IMG/VR virus record: IMGVR_UViG_3300032315_001715 | Coordinates: 124,001 to 188,000 of that record | DNA length: 64,000 nt | Direction: 5' to 3' (one strand) | Shown: piece after piece, positions 55,201 through 63,159 of the stretch | How positions within the stretch are numbered: the first letter of the stretch is position 1 | Layout of the letters: each line of letters opens with the position of its first letter | Made by a program: the position numbers and the translations under genes | Notes under the pieces: model-generated | What the model was told of the DNA's origin: nothing | Database searches by the model: none | The model's input: only the letters and a program-made list of their open reading frames with translations

Positions 55201-56279
55201 CCAGTTAACACACGCGGAGCAGCTTCTCGCCATCCGTATCCAGGATATGTATCATCGGTGCTGCCAACCTTGAACCACCAATTAGCCGTACCAGTGTTGG
55301 TGTTGACAGATATCTTTTCCCAGATCTCATTCTTGTAGCTACCGTCAGCCGCTTCGAGGGTATTCACGGCAAAATCACCAGAGGCGCCAAAGATCGTGGT
55401 AGGTAACACAACGTTGTCAGGCAGTGCTGTAAATCCTAAATCGGTTAGGATTCCGGCGGTTGAGCCGCCAAGAACAATGTCCTGTATCATGTTCGAGGTA
55501 ACCAGCCTTAGGCTAAACACGTCCCCGTAATCAGACGCCGATGGCGAATACTTTTCAGATCGAACAAAGACCTGTGCGCGAACCTGCTGTGTAGCAAGTG
55601 CTGGACTTCCGTTGATCTTGCTAGCCACGGTCGAAATGCTCATCCCTGCGGTTAGTGGCAAGGAAACACCGTTAACAATGAGATTTCCGTTGGCATTAAT
55701 GCAGCTACCAGATCCGCTGGTAATCTTCACAGTTGCATTACCTTGCACGATCTTTTCGAGATTTAAGCTAGAATTAATAACCAATGGCGTGCGGGCCTGC
55801 CAGCTAAATGCCGGGTTTGGATTACCATTGCTACGGAAGATGCCAAACGTGGACGAGCTTAGGTCAAGCCAATTTTGTCCGGCAGTTACAGGACCGGTCG
55901 GTTCGGTCGAAGTTGGGATCAACTGTCCAAGATCAACATTGGCGCGGACCACATATGCTTGATTGGCAATTCCGAGGTACTCATACAAGGTGAAAAGTCC
56001 AAGCTCGTTAAGCTGATTGCCCTGCTGCACGGTGCCAGCTGAGCTGTAAAACTGCGGATTGCCAAACGTCTGCAACGCATCTCGCTGGCTGGTAATCAAC
56101 CATAGCTTGCCGGCATTTTCTGCGGTGGTTCCAGGAGCAACGGACGTCGCACTACCTGGTTGCAGCTTGTTCTGCTTGGTAGCGATTACGATAAATGGTA
56201 CGGTGCCCGGTCCAGCTGGGCCATATTGGCTTTCGTCGGTTACGGTAACGCTTACACCTGGAGAAACTAAAATAGCCAT
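52245..56279 (-). CDS. gp18: Tail sheath protein (gp18-like) with large insertions
   Basis: LVSPGVSVTVTDES start; WFAPAGFNRG, LYANKINPI, GQKTL, DRINVVRL, FLFEPND, CDDSNNT, PEKAIEFIYIPI; TAAATA at 56312-56317. Confidence 0.93.
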   Translation of the reverse strand: MAILVSPGVSVTVTDESQYGPAGPGTVPFIVIATKQNKLQPGSATSVAPGTTAENAGKLWLITSQRDALQTFGNPQFYSSAGTVQQGNQLNELGLFTLYEYLGIANQAYVVRANVDLGQLIPTSTEPTGPVTAGQNWLDLSSSTFGIFRSNGNPNPAFSWQARTPLVINSSLNLEKIVQGNATVKITSGSGSCINANGNLIVNGVSLPLTAGMSISTVASKINGSPALATQQVRAQVFVRSEKYSPSASDYGDVFSLRLVTSNMIQDIVLGGSTAGILTDLGFTALPDNVVLPTTIFGASGDFAVNTLEAADGSYKNEIWEKISVNTNTGTANWWFKVGSTDDTYPGYGWREAAPRVLTGTVANPTFTAGTQCKITIGAVSTATITVPSGGTLTGFVGAINTALNTASVNAVASVYTVGSQKYLRITNYDSTDIIVNDLSDQYGVGTPWRNAGILPTNTYWASVTGTVSNPTFTAATLKTASATSVAAGSGYAVSDALTVAGGTFSTATVLTVASIKVVGGTPNVPGSGYDVNDTLTFSGAGFATPVILKVDSIDGSNGITGLSIVQAGQYTGAVAPTTNVSATSTSGGGDSATVDLVWGVNTVTVTTPGSYTIYPTNPVSVTGGGVGATFNLIDDWLQSVSFSIDAGSGPVIIHVPALPNNTLDGLIAEINTVGFPNGPIVASKTTDNMLKLTNTNGTSFILEDIRESPLAGAGIAAGVTFGRSLVYQGYSPGLTVPSDLSSIAATNVWINTTPGNQGANYSVKTYTGAAWRSLNIRPNTGTVPMYSSTSAADVAFGSLKQIGSVFVLYNSDNTSPAEASHVIKEWDGTSWVDLDYTPSASAPSGTPVDGTLWYNTTLRADIMVNNGTQWLGYRNAYPATDPNGPILSSEAPLEQSTLGALVDYDIWIDTNVSTYPAIYRYSSMDASWVLVDNTDRTTSKGIVFADARPNANGTATGSQIESDMVTSDYVDPDCPDAMLYPAGMMLFNTRYSTNNVKVFRKNYLPTTYSYRDRWVTESGNQLNGAPYMGDAAQRAVIVRGLQGAISGNEEARAEETYFNLISTPGYVECLDEMITLNVDKKEVAFIVADTPATLEPTGTAFTEWANNQNGAASNGPDGLTSSTPYAALYYPWGLGTDLNGNEVMVPAAMMALRTIAYSDQVAYPWFAPAGFNRGLVTGVASVGYLNAEEEYSVVRLNQGQRDVLYANKINPIAFIPGRGLVVYGQKTLSPVPTALDRINVVRLINYLKYNLDILAKPFLFEPNDQQTRQNVVATFNSFMRNLQTLRAVYDFAVVCDDSNNTAERIDRNELWIDIAIKPEKAIEFIYIPIRILNTGDPLPGGSA

Positions 56280-56406
56280 TTGTTACCTCATTGAAAATGG
56301 AGTTGTGCTATTATTTAGTAAACCACCACTAAAAACCGGCGTCATTTCCAAATGTCTTTCCAAAGCTATGTTGATTACCAACTTCTAAATAAGACAAAAT
56401 CATGTC

Positions 56407-57015
56407 ATGAGCAAAAATCTAATCGGACTGGTTGGTTTCATCGGTAGCGGCAAGGGCACCGTTGGTGATCATCTCGTAGTAACCCACGGATATCAATCGG
56501 CTAGCTTTGCTAGTTCCCTTAAGGATGCCGTATCGTCGATCTTTTCGTGGCCAAGGCACCTATTGGAAGGCGACAACACTGAAAGCCGAGAATGGCGAGA
56601 GCGTGAGGATCAATATTGGTCAACCCAGTTACAAAAACGCATAACCCCTAGATGGGTATTGCAATACATGGGCACAGATGTACTTCGAAATAATTTTCAT
56701 GAAGATATTTGGTTACATAGCCTAGAGAAGAGATTAATCGATTCAAGCAAACCAACAGTCATTACCGATGTGCGATTCCCAAATGAAATTTCAATGGTCA
56801 CACGGCTTGGCGGTGAAATCTGGTGGATCAAACGAGACCCAGGACCAGTATGGGAATATACCGCTGTCACTGATAAAAGGCTGATGAAATCAGTTTATCC
56901 AGAGGTTCATTCTAGCGAGTACGAATGGCTGGGTACGACCGATCTGAAGATCCTAGAGAACAACGGTTCGATAGAAGATCTACATTCCAATATCGATCAG
57001 TATCTCGCAAAATGA
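56407..57015 (+). CDS. Deoxynucleoside monophosphate kinase (T4 gp1-like)
   Basis: GFIGSGKGT, FASSLKD, TPRWVLQ.MGTD, ITDVRFPNE. Confidence 0.88.
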   Translation: MSKNLIGLVGFIGSGKGTVGDHLVVTHGYQSASFASSLKDAVSSIFSWPRHLLEGDNTESREWREREDQYWSTQLQKRITPRWVLQYMGTDVLRNNFHEDIWLHSLEKRLIDSSKPTVITDVRFPNEISMVTRLGGEIWWIKRDPGPVWEYTAVTDKRLMKSVYPEVHSSEYEWLGTTDLKILENNGSIEDLHSNIDQYLAK

Positions 57016-57575
57016 CCGGATTATGCTTTAGCGGGGGAGCTAAGGGAGCCGATCATGCATGGGGGTTGATGGCACTTGATCGAGGACATGATCTCATACA
57101 TTTCACCTTTCAAGGGCATTCTTCCGTTGACAAGGATCATTCCAACACTCTCACAAGAGCCGAACTTGATAGCGCAGACGAGCATGTTGCACTTGCAGCT
57201 AAGAGCATGAAACGCAAATGGCCTAGCAAGAATCCACACGTAAATGATCTGTTGCGGCGCAACTACTCCCAGATTCGCTGGGCTGAACGAGTCTATGCCA
57301 TTGCTAATTTGATGCCAGATGACAAGAGTATGTTGAGAATTTCTGGAGGAACCGCATGGGCATGCCAGATGTATGTGGATCGCTGGTACAGCGGTCGAGA
57401 TCTCAAGGAATGTGAGCTATATTTTTACGATATGGAATCCAACAAGTGGATGCAATGGTGGGAGACCTGGAAGGCGATTGAACGCCCTCCGGTCCCCCAC
57501 GGTCGTTACGCCGCGATCGGTAGCCGAGAAATGACCGATGCTGGGATACGTGCGATCTTTGACGCCTACGGGTGA
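57012..57575 (+). CDS. SLOG-superfamily (YpsA/DprA-like) nucleotide-binding protein
   Basis: CFSGGAKGADHAW, LLRRNY, GGTAWA; ATGA overlap sets the start. Confidence 0.6.
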   Translation: MTGLCFSGGAKGADHAWGLMALDRGHDLIHFTFQGHSSVDKDHSNTLTRAELDSADEHVALAAKSMKRKWPSKNPHVNDLLRRNYSQIRWAERVYAIANLMPDDKSMLRISGGTAWACQMYVDRWYSGRDLKECELYFYDMESNKWMQWWETWKAIERPPVPHGRYAAIGSREMTDAGIRAIFDAYG

Positions 57576-58051
57576 AGATTAAGGCCCTCAAACAGGCAGC
57601 AAAAGCGGATGTCGTTGCGATCACCGCAGAACCATGCGCAGGTGACTTCCTCACGAACCATGAGGATTTTGCCATCCGACATCTTCTTAATGGCCTTGGC
57701 CGCTGACTCGGGAATGAGATCAGCAACCTCGGCATTCTCAACGAAGAACGGATAACTGGGGTCCGTCACAGTGTTGAACACCACCACGTCATCGCCGGCA
57801 TTCTCCGCCTCCTGTCCGCGCTGGATGATGTCAGACAGGGTTGCACCAAGGACCAAGGTGGTGTTAAAGTAGACCGCACCTTGGGCAATACCGTCCTTCA
57901 CATAGTCTTGCACCAGCTGTCGCTTGCCATGCTTGGCCATCATCTGGACGCCGGCATGATGCACCTGTGCAGCAGCCTTGCCCGGATTCATGCTGGGCAG
58001 ATCGGTCCTCAACAGGACATACACTACCAACTCCTTTGTATTTTCTTCCAT
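57566..58051 (-). CDS. Peptidyl-tRNA hydrolase 2 (Pth2)-like protein
   Basis: VYVLLRTDLPSMNPGKAAAQVHHA matches the Pth2 N-terminal signature. Confidence 0.7.
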   Translation of the reverse strand: MEENTKELVVYVLLRTDLPSMNPGKAAAQVHHAGVQMMAKHGKRQLVQDYVKDGIAQGAVYFNTTLVLGATLSDIIQRGQEAENAGDDVVVFNTVTDPSYPFFVENAEVADLIPESAAKAIKKMSDGKILMVREEVTCAWFCGDRNDIRFCCLFEGLNLHP

Positions 58052-58109
58052 GTTATTCTCCTATCAATTTTCAAAGAATAACACGGATCATTATATCGGT
58101 CAACCGGAT

Positions 58110-58862
58110 TTATCCAATGACGATCATCGGTGGCATCGAGCTATCAATGTAGAGATCGATTTCTTTCTCGAGCTGTTCAAACATTGCGGCTGCTTCCTGC
58201 TTTAGGGCATCACCTTTGAGTGTGGTGCCGCCTTGCGGACCAATGATGGTGTTGAACTTGCTGTATGCCTCGCCTAGCATTTGCTTGCACCAAGCGAGCG
58301 TATAACTGCGGATCCATGGTCGTATGTACGGATCCTGTAGGATCTGATCATCTGGTTTGACCTTCATGACCCAGAGCACAACTGTTTCGCCGCCGGTTGG
58401 TTTGCGGATCAGCTGTAGCTTCTTGGTAACAGGGTCAAACGTAAAGTTCATGTGTGCTCCAAACATCCTACCAGCCTGCTTGAGATAGTCGTTAAACAGT
58501 TCGTATGTCAACAACCCTGCTGTGTAGCCGCCGCCCGCACCAGCTTGCAGCAAATACAGATTGGTATATGCCAACGAGAATGGGTCAAGAGATGTGCCGC
58601 CTCCGACCTCACCGAGCCCACGACGAAATACCTGCCGCACCTGCACGATCTCATCTGGCAATGTGTAGACATTGACCTCGTAGAGGATCTTGAGGAACAT
58701 ATAAGCCTCTTCCATGGAGTTACCTGCTCGCTGACGATAACGATCAAACGCAAGATTTGCCGCGGTCTCGAAATGCTCAGGATCAAGCTCAATGTCGACC
58801 ATCTGGCCACCCATCATTAACCTGACCTCGTTTATCAATTGTTGTCGTAATGGTGTTGCCAT
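58110..58862 (-). CDS. gp13: Neck protein (T4 gp13-like)
   Basis: MGGQMVDIELDPEH...KQMLGEAYSKF..I.GPQGG.TL.G; start at MATP; TAAATA at 58880-58885. Confidence 0.8.
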   Translation of the reverse strand: MATPLRQQLINEVRLMMGGQMVDIELDPEHFETAANLAFDRYRQRAGNSMEEAYMFLKILYEVNVYTLPDEIVQVRQVFRRGLGEVGGGTSLDPFSLAYTNLYLLQAGAGGGYTAGLLTYELFNDYLKQAGRMFGAHMNFTFDPVTKKLQLIRKPTGGETVVLWVMKVKPDDQILQDPYIRPWIRSYTLAWCKQMLGEAYSKFNTIIGPQGGTTLKGDALKQEAAAMFEQLEKEIDLYIDSSMPPMIVIG

Positions 58863-58926
58863 GATAAGCCCCTTTCCGTTATTTATTGGGCTCGATAAAT
58901 AACAGACAACTAAAAAGGAGCCGCCC

Positions 58927-60045
58927 GTGCCACCACTCTCTTTATGGAAAGGCCTAGCTGTAAAAACCAATGACTACAAGTTCATTGATCGCATCGTGGC
59001 AGAGCAATATTCGGTCGGAGGGACGGAATTTTACATACACAAGTATCTGGGAGTTGCTGACCAGGGCACTGCTGATAATTTAAGCCTTAATGTGGATCAA
59101 AGCGGGGGCAATGATCCAACATTAACCATACAGGATGTTCTCAACATGGAGATCAGGGATCGAAAATATGACAGCGACGTGTATAGCATGAAGGGCCATT
59201 ACACCGTATCTGACACGGAATTTGATCTACGCCAGTTTGGATTGTTCCTCAGCAATGAAACCATATTCCTAACATTTCATCTCAACAGGATGGTTGATCA
59301 GATTGGTCGAAAGCTGATGTCAGGCGATGTGATCGAGATATTGCATCAACGCGACGATTTGGTGCTGGGTTCACCAGCTGCAATCAGCAAGTTTTATGTT
59401 GTTGAAGAAGGCACACGCCCGGCCGAGGGCTACAGCCCAACGTGGTGGCCGCACTTATGGCGAGTCAAATGCAATCCAATAACCGATAGCCAGGAATTCC
59501 GAGATATCATGGATCGTCCAATACTGGATGCCAGCGGAGATCTCATACCAAGCGGTGATTGTGACGGAGGCTTCCTAACCAACAAGGATGCCATGAGCAC
59601 CAAGCCAGCCGAGGATCAGATCTCCGACGCCATTGTCGAAGCAGCTGAGCAAGAAGTTCCGTTTCGATATTTTCAATCACAGCATTTTTATATCCTACCA
59701 GGACAGAATCCAAATTTTCTGGGGCAGGACATATGGACCGGAGATGGCATACCACCAAACGGCAGCGCACCAGTGGCCAGTGGCAGCACCTGGCCTGCTA
59801 CACCTCTTAACGGCGATTACTTTCTTCGAAATGATTATAATCCTCCGCAACTGTTCCAAAGAGAAAGCGGGAAATGGGTGCGTGTACAGACCAACTGGCG
59901 CAACAAGTGGCAGCCGGCCACGCAGACCTTGGTCAGCTTCATCAACAATACCAACACCACCGTGCTAACTGACGGGACAACCATACAGCAACAACAAAAT
60001 CTACGCACGGCAATCAAGCCAAAGCTTGATCCAGACATCATTTAA
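58927..60045 (+). CDS. gp14: Neck protein (T4 gp14-like)
   Basis: GGTEFYIHKYLG, RDRKYD, DLRQFGLF, GRKLMSGDVIE; TAAATA at 58896-58901. Confidence 0.7.
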   Translation: MPPLSLWKGLAVKTNDYKFIDRIVAEQYSVGGTEFYIHKYLGVADQGTADNLSLNVDQSGGNDPTLTIQDVLNMEIRDRKYDSDVYSMKGHYTVSDTEFDLRQFGLFLSNETIFLTFHLNRMVDQIGRKLMSGDVIEILHQRDDLVLGSPAAISKFYVVEEGTRPAEGYSPTWWPHLWRVKCNPITDSQEFRDIMDRPILDASGDLIPSGDCDGGFLTNKDAMSTKPAEDQISDAIVEAAEQEVPFRYFQSQHFYILPGQNPNFLGQDIWTGDGIPPNGSAPVASGSTWPATPLNGDYFLRNDYNPPQLFQRESGKWVRVQTNWRNKWQPATQTLVSFINNTNTTVLTDGTTIQQQQNLRTAIKPKLDPDII

Positions 60046-60057
60046 AAGGAAACCATC

Positions 60058-60681
60058 ATGTCTTTTGTTTTCGATTTCACACCAGAAAAGCTATCCAAGT
60101 GCATCAACAATCCAAATGCCGAGAAATGGTTTGCTGCGTTATATGAAATATTACCGACCTATCAAATCAACACCAAGCTGCGAGTAGCAGGTTGGCTTAG
60201 CCAGACAGGACATGAGAGTGGAGATTTCCGTGCCGTGCAAGAGAATCTCAACTATGGTGCCAAGGGATTACGGGCGACATTTCCCAAGTATTTTCCAACT
60301 GACGACCTTGCCGCAACGTATCAACGCCAGCCAGAAAAGATCGCCAACAAGGTATATGGTGGCCGCATGGGCAACGGTCCAGAAAGCAGCGGAGACGGAT
60401 GGAAATTCCGCGGTAGAGGACTGATACAGGTTACCGGAAAGGAAAACTATCTACGTTGTTCACAAGCATTATATGGTACTGACATGCTCATGCAGACTCC
60501 CGAGCTGTTGCAGGACATTGATGGAGCCGTGCGGTCAGCCTGCTGGTACTGGAATAGCCGAAACATCAACGTTGACGCTGATCGATCTGATGTGATGGCA
60601 ATGACCAAGAAGATCAACGGCGGCACCCACGGCCTTGATGATCGCCAGCGTCGATATGCCATCTGCATGCAAGTTCTGTAA
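60058..60681 (+). CDS. GH19 chitinase-like endolysin
   Basis: QTGHES...ENLNY...GDGWKFRGRGLIQVTGKENY...INGG..GL.DR. Confidence 0.9.
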   Translation: MSFVFDFTPEKLSKCINNPNAEKWFAALYEILPTYQINTKLRVAGWLSQTGHESGDFRAVQENLNYGAKGLRATFPKYFPTDDLAATYQRQPEKIANKVYGGRMGNGPESSGDGWKFRGRGLIQVTGKENYLRCSQALYGTDMLMQTPELLQDIDGAVRSACWYWNSRNINVDADRSDVMAMTKKINGGTHGLDDRQRRYAICMQVL

Positions 60682-60726
60682 AATTTTACAGAAACTCCGT
60701 CGCTAATAGGTTCGGTAAATACCAGC

Positions 60727-62382
60727 ATGCAATATTGGTATTCAGCGCAGCTACGGCAGTATCGACTTCAGTTTATCCGGGCATTCAGCGGGTTTAACGT
60801 TAAGACCGGCAGAAACGGTCCAAACAACACCGAGGAACTCATCAAGGTTCCCTGTCGGTACGGCGATCCATCAAGGATCGCCGCATCGATAGTCAAGGGT
60901 AACAGTGAAAACAAGGTACTATCAGTACCATTCATTACCTGTTTTATCAGCTCGTTGAACATGAACGCATCTCGGCGGCAAGATCCACAGTTAGTACAAA
61001 AGGTGCAGGTAAACGAGCGCCTATATGACGAAGAACTAGGCCGATACACCAACGAGATAGGCAATCGCTATACTGTGGAGCGGCACATGCCAGTCCCGTA
61101 TGACGTCACCATGCAGGTCGACATATGGACCAACAATCTCGACATCAAGGAGCAGCTACTAGAGCAGATAATCGTTCTTTATAACCCGGCCATTGACATA
61201 CAGACCTCCGTAAATCCACTTGATTGGACGGTTCTCAGCTATATTGAAATGCAGGACAACATCACATGGACCAGCCGATCGATCCCAGTTGGTACCGAAA
61301 ATCCAATTGATGTGGCAACTTTTATGTTCAAGGTTCCGATATGGATCAACCCTCCGGCCAAGGTCAAGAAGCAATCCTTGATACATCAAATCGTTACCAA
61401 CATAGTGCAGGGAGAGAAAAATCCCAGGGCAATGGAATGGACCGAATACGAGTTTTTCTCAAGAACCATAACCACACCGGGCGATGCAACCATCAAGGTC
61501 CATCCAAACTTGGATGGCACTTATCGAGTGTTGTTGTGTGATAGCTCTGGATCGACCGTTGACAAGGAAAGGTTGCCAACGGTAACATTTTCGATGGATT
61601 CTCCGCAGTTCACCTCAGGACTGAGTTTTAAATGGAATGATCACACATGCATCATCACCAGCAGTGACATCAATCAAGTTGTCAAGGATATCCGCACGGC
61701 AATAATCGGTAGCGATCTGAACTGTGTCATTTACAACGACACCTCTTTGCAGTTTATCAACACGGTAGGTGGTGATAATACCTTTGCGGACATCGCTCCG
61801 GGCAGCCTTGCTGCACTGGGATTGCAAGCCGTTACCTATCCAGGAGGTAACTTAGCTTGGTGGAGATTGCTGACCTTGTACGGCAGCATCAAACCATACA
61901 GCAGTTATGGATCAAACGCTAGCCAGATACGCCTAAAGACCATTGAAGACATAGATCAAACCAACACCGATGTCGTTGGATGGATAGATATAGATACGGT
62001 TGATCAAAATCAAATCATATGGACACCGGACTCTGAAACATACCCAACACCGACATTGCCTGCCGTTAGTGCCATTGTTGACCCACACACCAGCGGGCCA
62101 AACATAAACCTACCAGAAGCCGCCATTGGCCAACGATATCTGTTAACCGAGGATGCATCAGAAAGCAGCGTTGCGTGGGGTGCAATGACCAGCAAGGCCA
62201 ACGATATCGTGGAATTTAACGGATCAAACTGGCAAGTGTCGTGGAATGCCGGAGATAACGCCAGTGCATTGGAGTACGTGTTAAACACGAGATCCAATCG
62301 AACATACAGATGGCTTAATGGTTATTGGACCACTGTCATCGAGCCAAAGTATCTGCAAGGGTACTGGAGGATCAGCATGTGA
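60727..62382 (+). CDS. gp15: Tail sheath stabiliser/terminator (gp15-like) with C-terminal extension
   Basis: QY.Y..QLRQY.LQF, VP.RYGD, MPVPYD, IWT.N...K.QLLEQI..L.NP. Confidence 0.75.
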   Translation: MQYWYSAQLRQYRLQFIRAFSGFNVKTGRNGPNNTEELIKVPCRYGDPSRIAASIVKGNSENKVLSVPFITCFISSLNMNASRRQDPQLVQKVQVNERLYDEELGRYTNEIGNRYTVERHMPVPYDVTMQVDIWTNNLDIKEQLLEQIIVLYNPAIDIQTSVNPLDWTVLSYIEMQDNITWTSRSIPVGTENPIDVATFMFKVPIWINPPAKVKKQSLIHQIVTNIVQGEKNPRAMEWTEYEFFSRTITTPGDATIKVHPNLDGTYRVLLCDSSGSTVDKERLPTVTFSMDSPQFTSGLSFKWNDHTCIITSSDINQVVKDIRTAIIGSDLNCVIYNDTSLQFINTVGGDNTFADIAPGSLAALGLQAVTYPGGNLAWWRLLTLYGSIKPYSSYGSNASQIRLKTIEDIDQTNTDVVGWIDIDTVDQNQIIWTPDSETYPTPTLPAVSAIVDPHTSGPNINLPEAAIGQRYLLTEDASESSVAWGAMTSKANDIVEFNGSNWQVSWNAGDNASALEYVLNTRSNRTYRWLNGYWTTVIEPKYLQGYWRISM

Positions 62383-63140
62383 TGCAGACATCCCTGTTTG
62401 AAATCAAAGGATCAATAGATGCCGAGTCGTTCGGCGCGATCTTCACACCAAATATCAAAAAAGTCATTAGGGTGGTAAGAAAGTACGGATTTGATATTCG
62501 CGTGATCGGAGGGGCCGTTAGGGACTTTCTTCGCGGCAAAATGCCAAGAGATGTGGATTTTGCGACCAATGCCGAGCCGGCTGAACTGATGTTCATTTTT
62601 GATCTCGAGGGCATCGAACATGACGATTGGGGCATTGCACACGGTACCATCAAGGCTGTTTTTGGTGATGAGGTGATTGATGTGACGTCAATCACGTATA
62701 AGCTGCGAATTTCCGGTGATCGTATCAAGATAGATCGCAAGGCATCCTGGGAAACTGATGCTGCACGCAGGGATCTAACCATCAACGCAATGAGCGTTGA
62801 TATGTACGGTAATTTATATGATTATCGAAACGGCCAAAAGGATTTAGCCGAACAATTGGTTAAATTCAATCCCGATGCGCAGGACAAGATCGACCAGGAC
62901 CCATATACCATATTGCGATGGTTCAAGGCACTGGATTTGTTTGACGATCCAAAGTGGTTGAAAAAAGACAAGATGATCATCATGTCAAATGCCAGCAAGG
63001 TTTCGCGGGTTAAAAAAGAAAAACGCACGAGCAAGCTGCTAGCGTCACTGAAGCAGTCCAAAAAATGGCCAAAAATTCTCAAGCTCATGTGCGATACCGG
63101 GGTTGCAAAACAACTTGATCTAACTTGCACCGATGAATAA
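62382..63140 (+). CDS. Second class II nucleotidyltransferase (CCA/poly(A) polymerase family) with degenerate motifs D and E
   Basis: GGAVRD..DVD and RRDLTINA intact; QDPYT replaces EDxxR; TGATG overlap sets the start. Confidence 0.8.
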   Translation: MQTSLFEIKGSIDAESFGAIFTPNIKKVIRVVRKYGFDIRVIGGAVRDFLRGKMPRDVDFATNAEPAELMFIFDLEGIEHDDWGIAHGTIKAVFGDEVIDVTSITYKLRISGDRIKIDRKASWETDAARRDLTINAMSVDMYGNLYDYRNGQKDLAEQLVKFNPDAQDKIDQDPYTILRWFKALDLFDDPKWLKKDKMIIMSNASKVSRVKKEKRTSKLLASLKQSKKWPKILKLMCDTGVAKQLDLTCTDE

Positions 63141-63159
63141 CAATTGATATACTTGGTCC

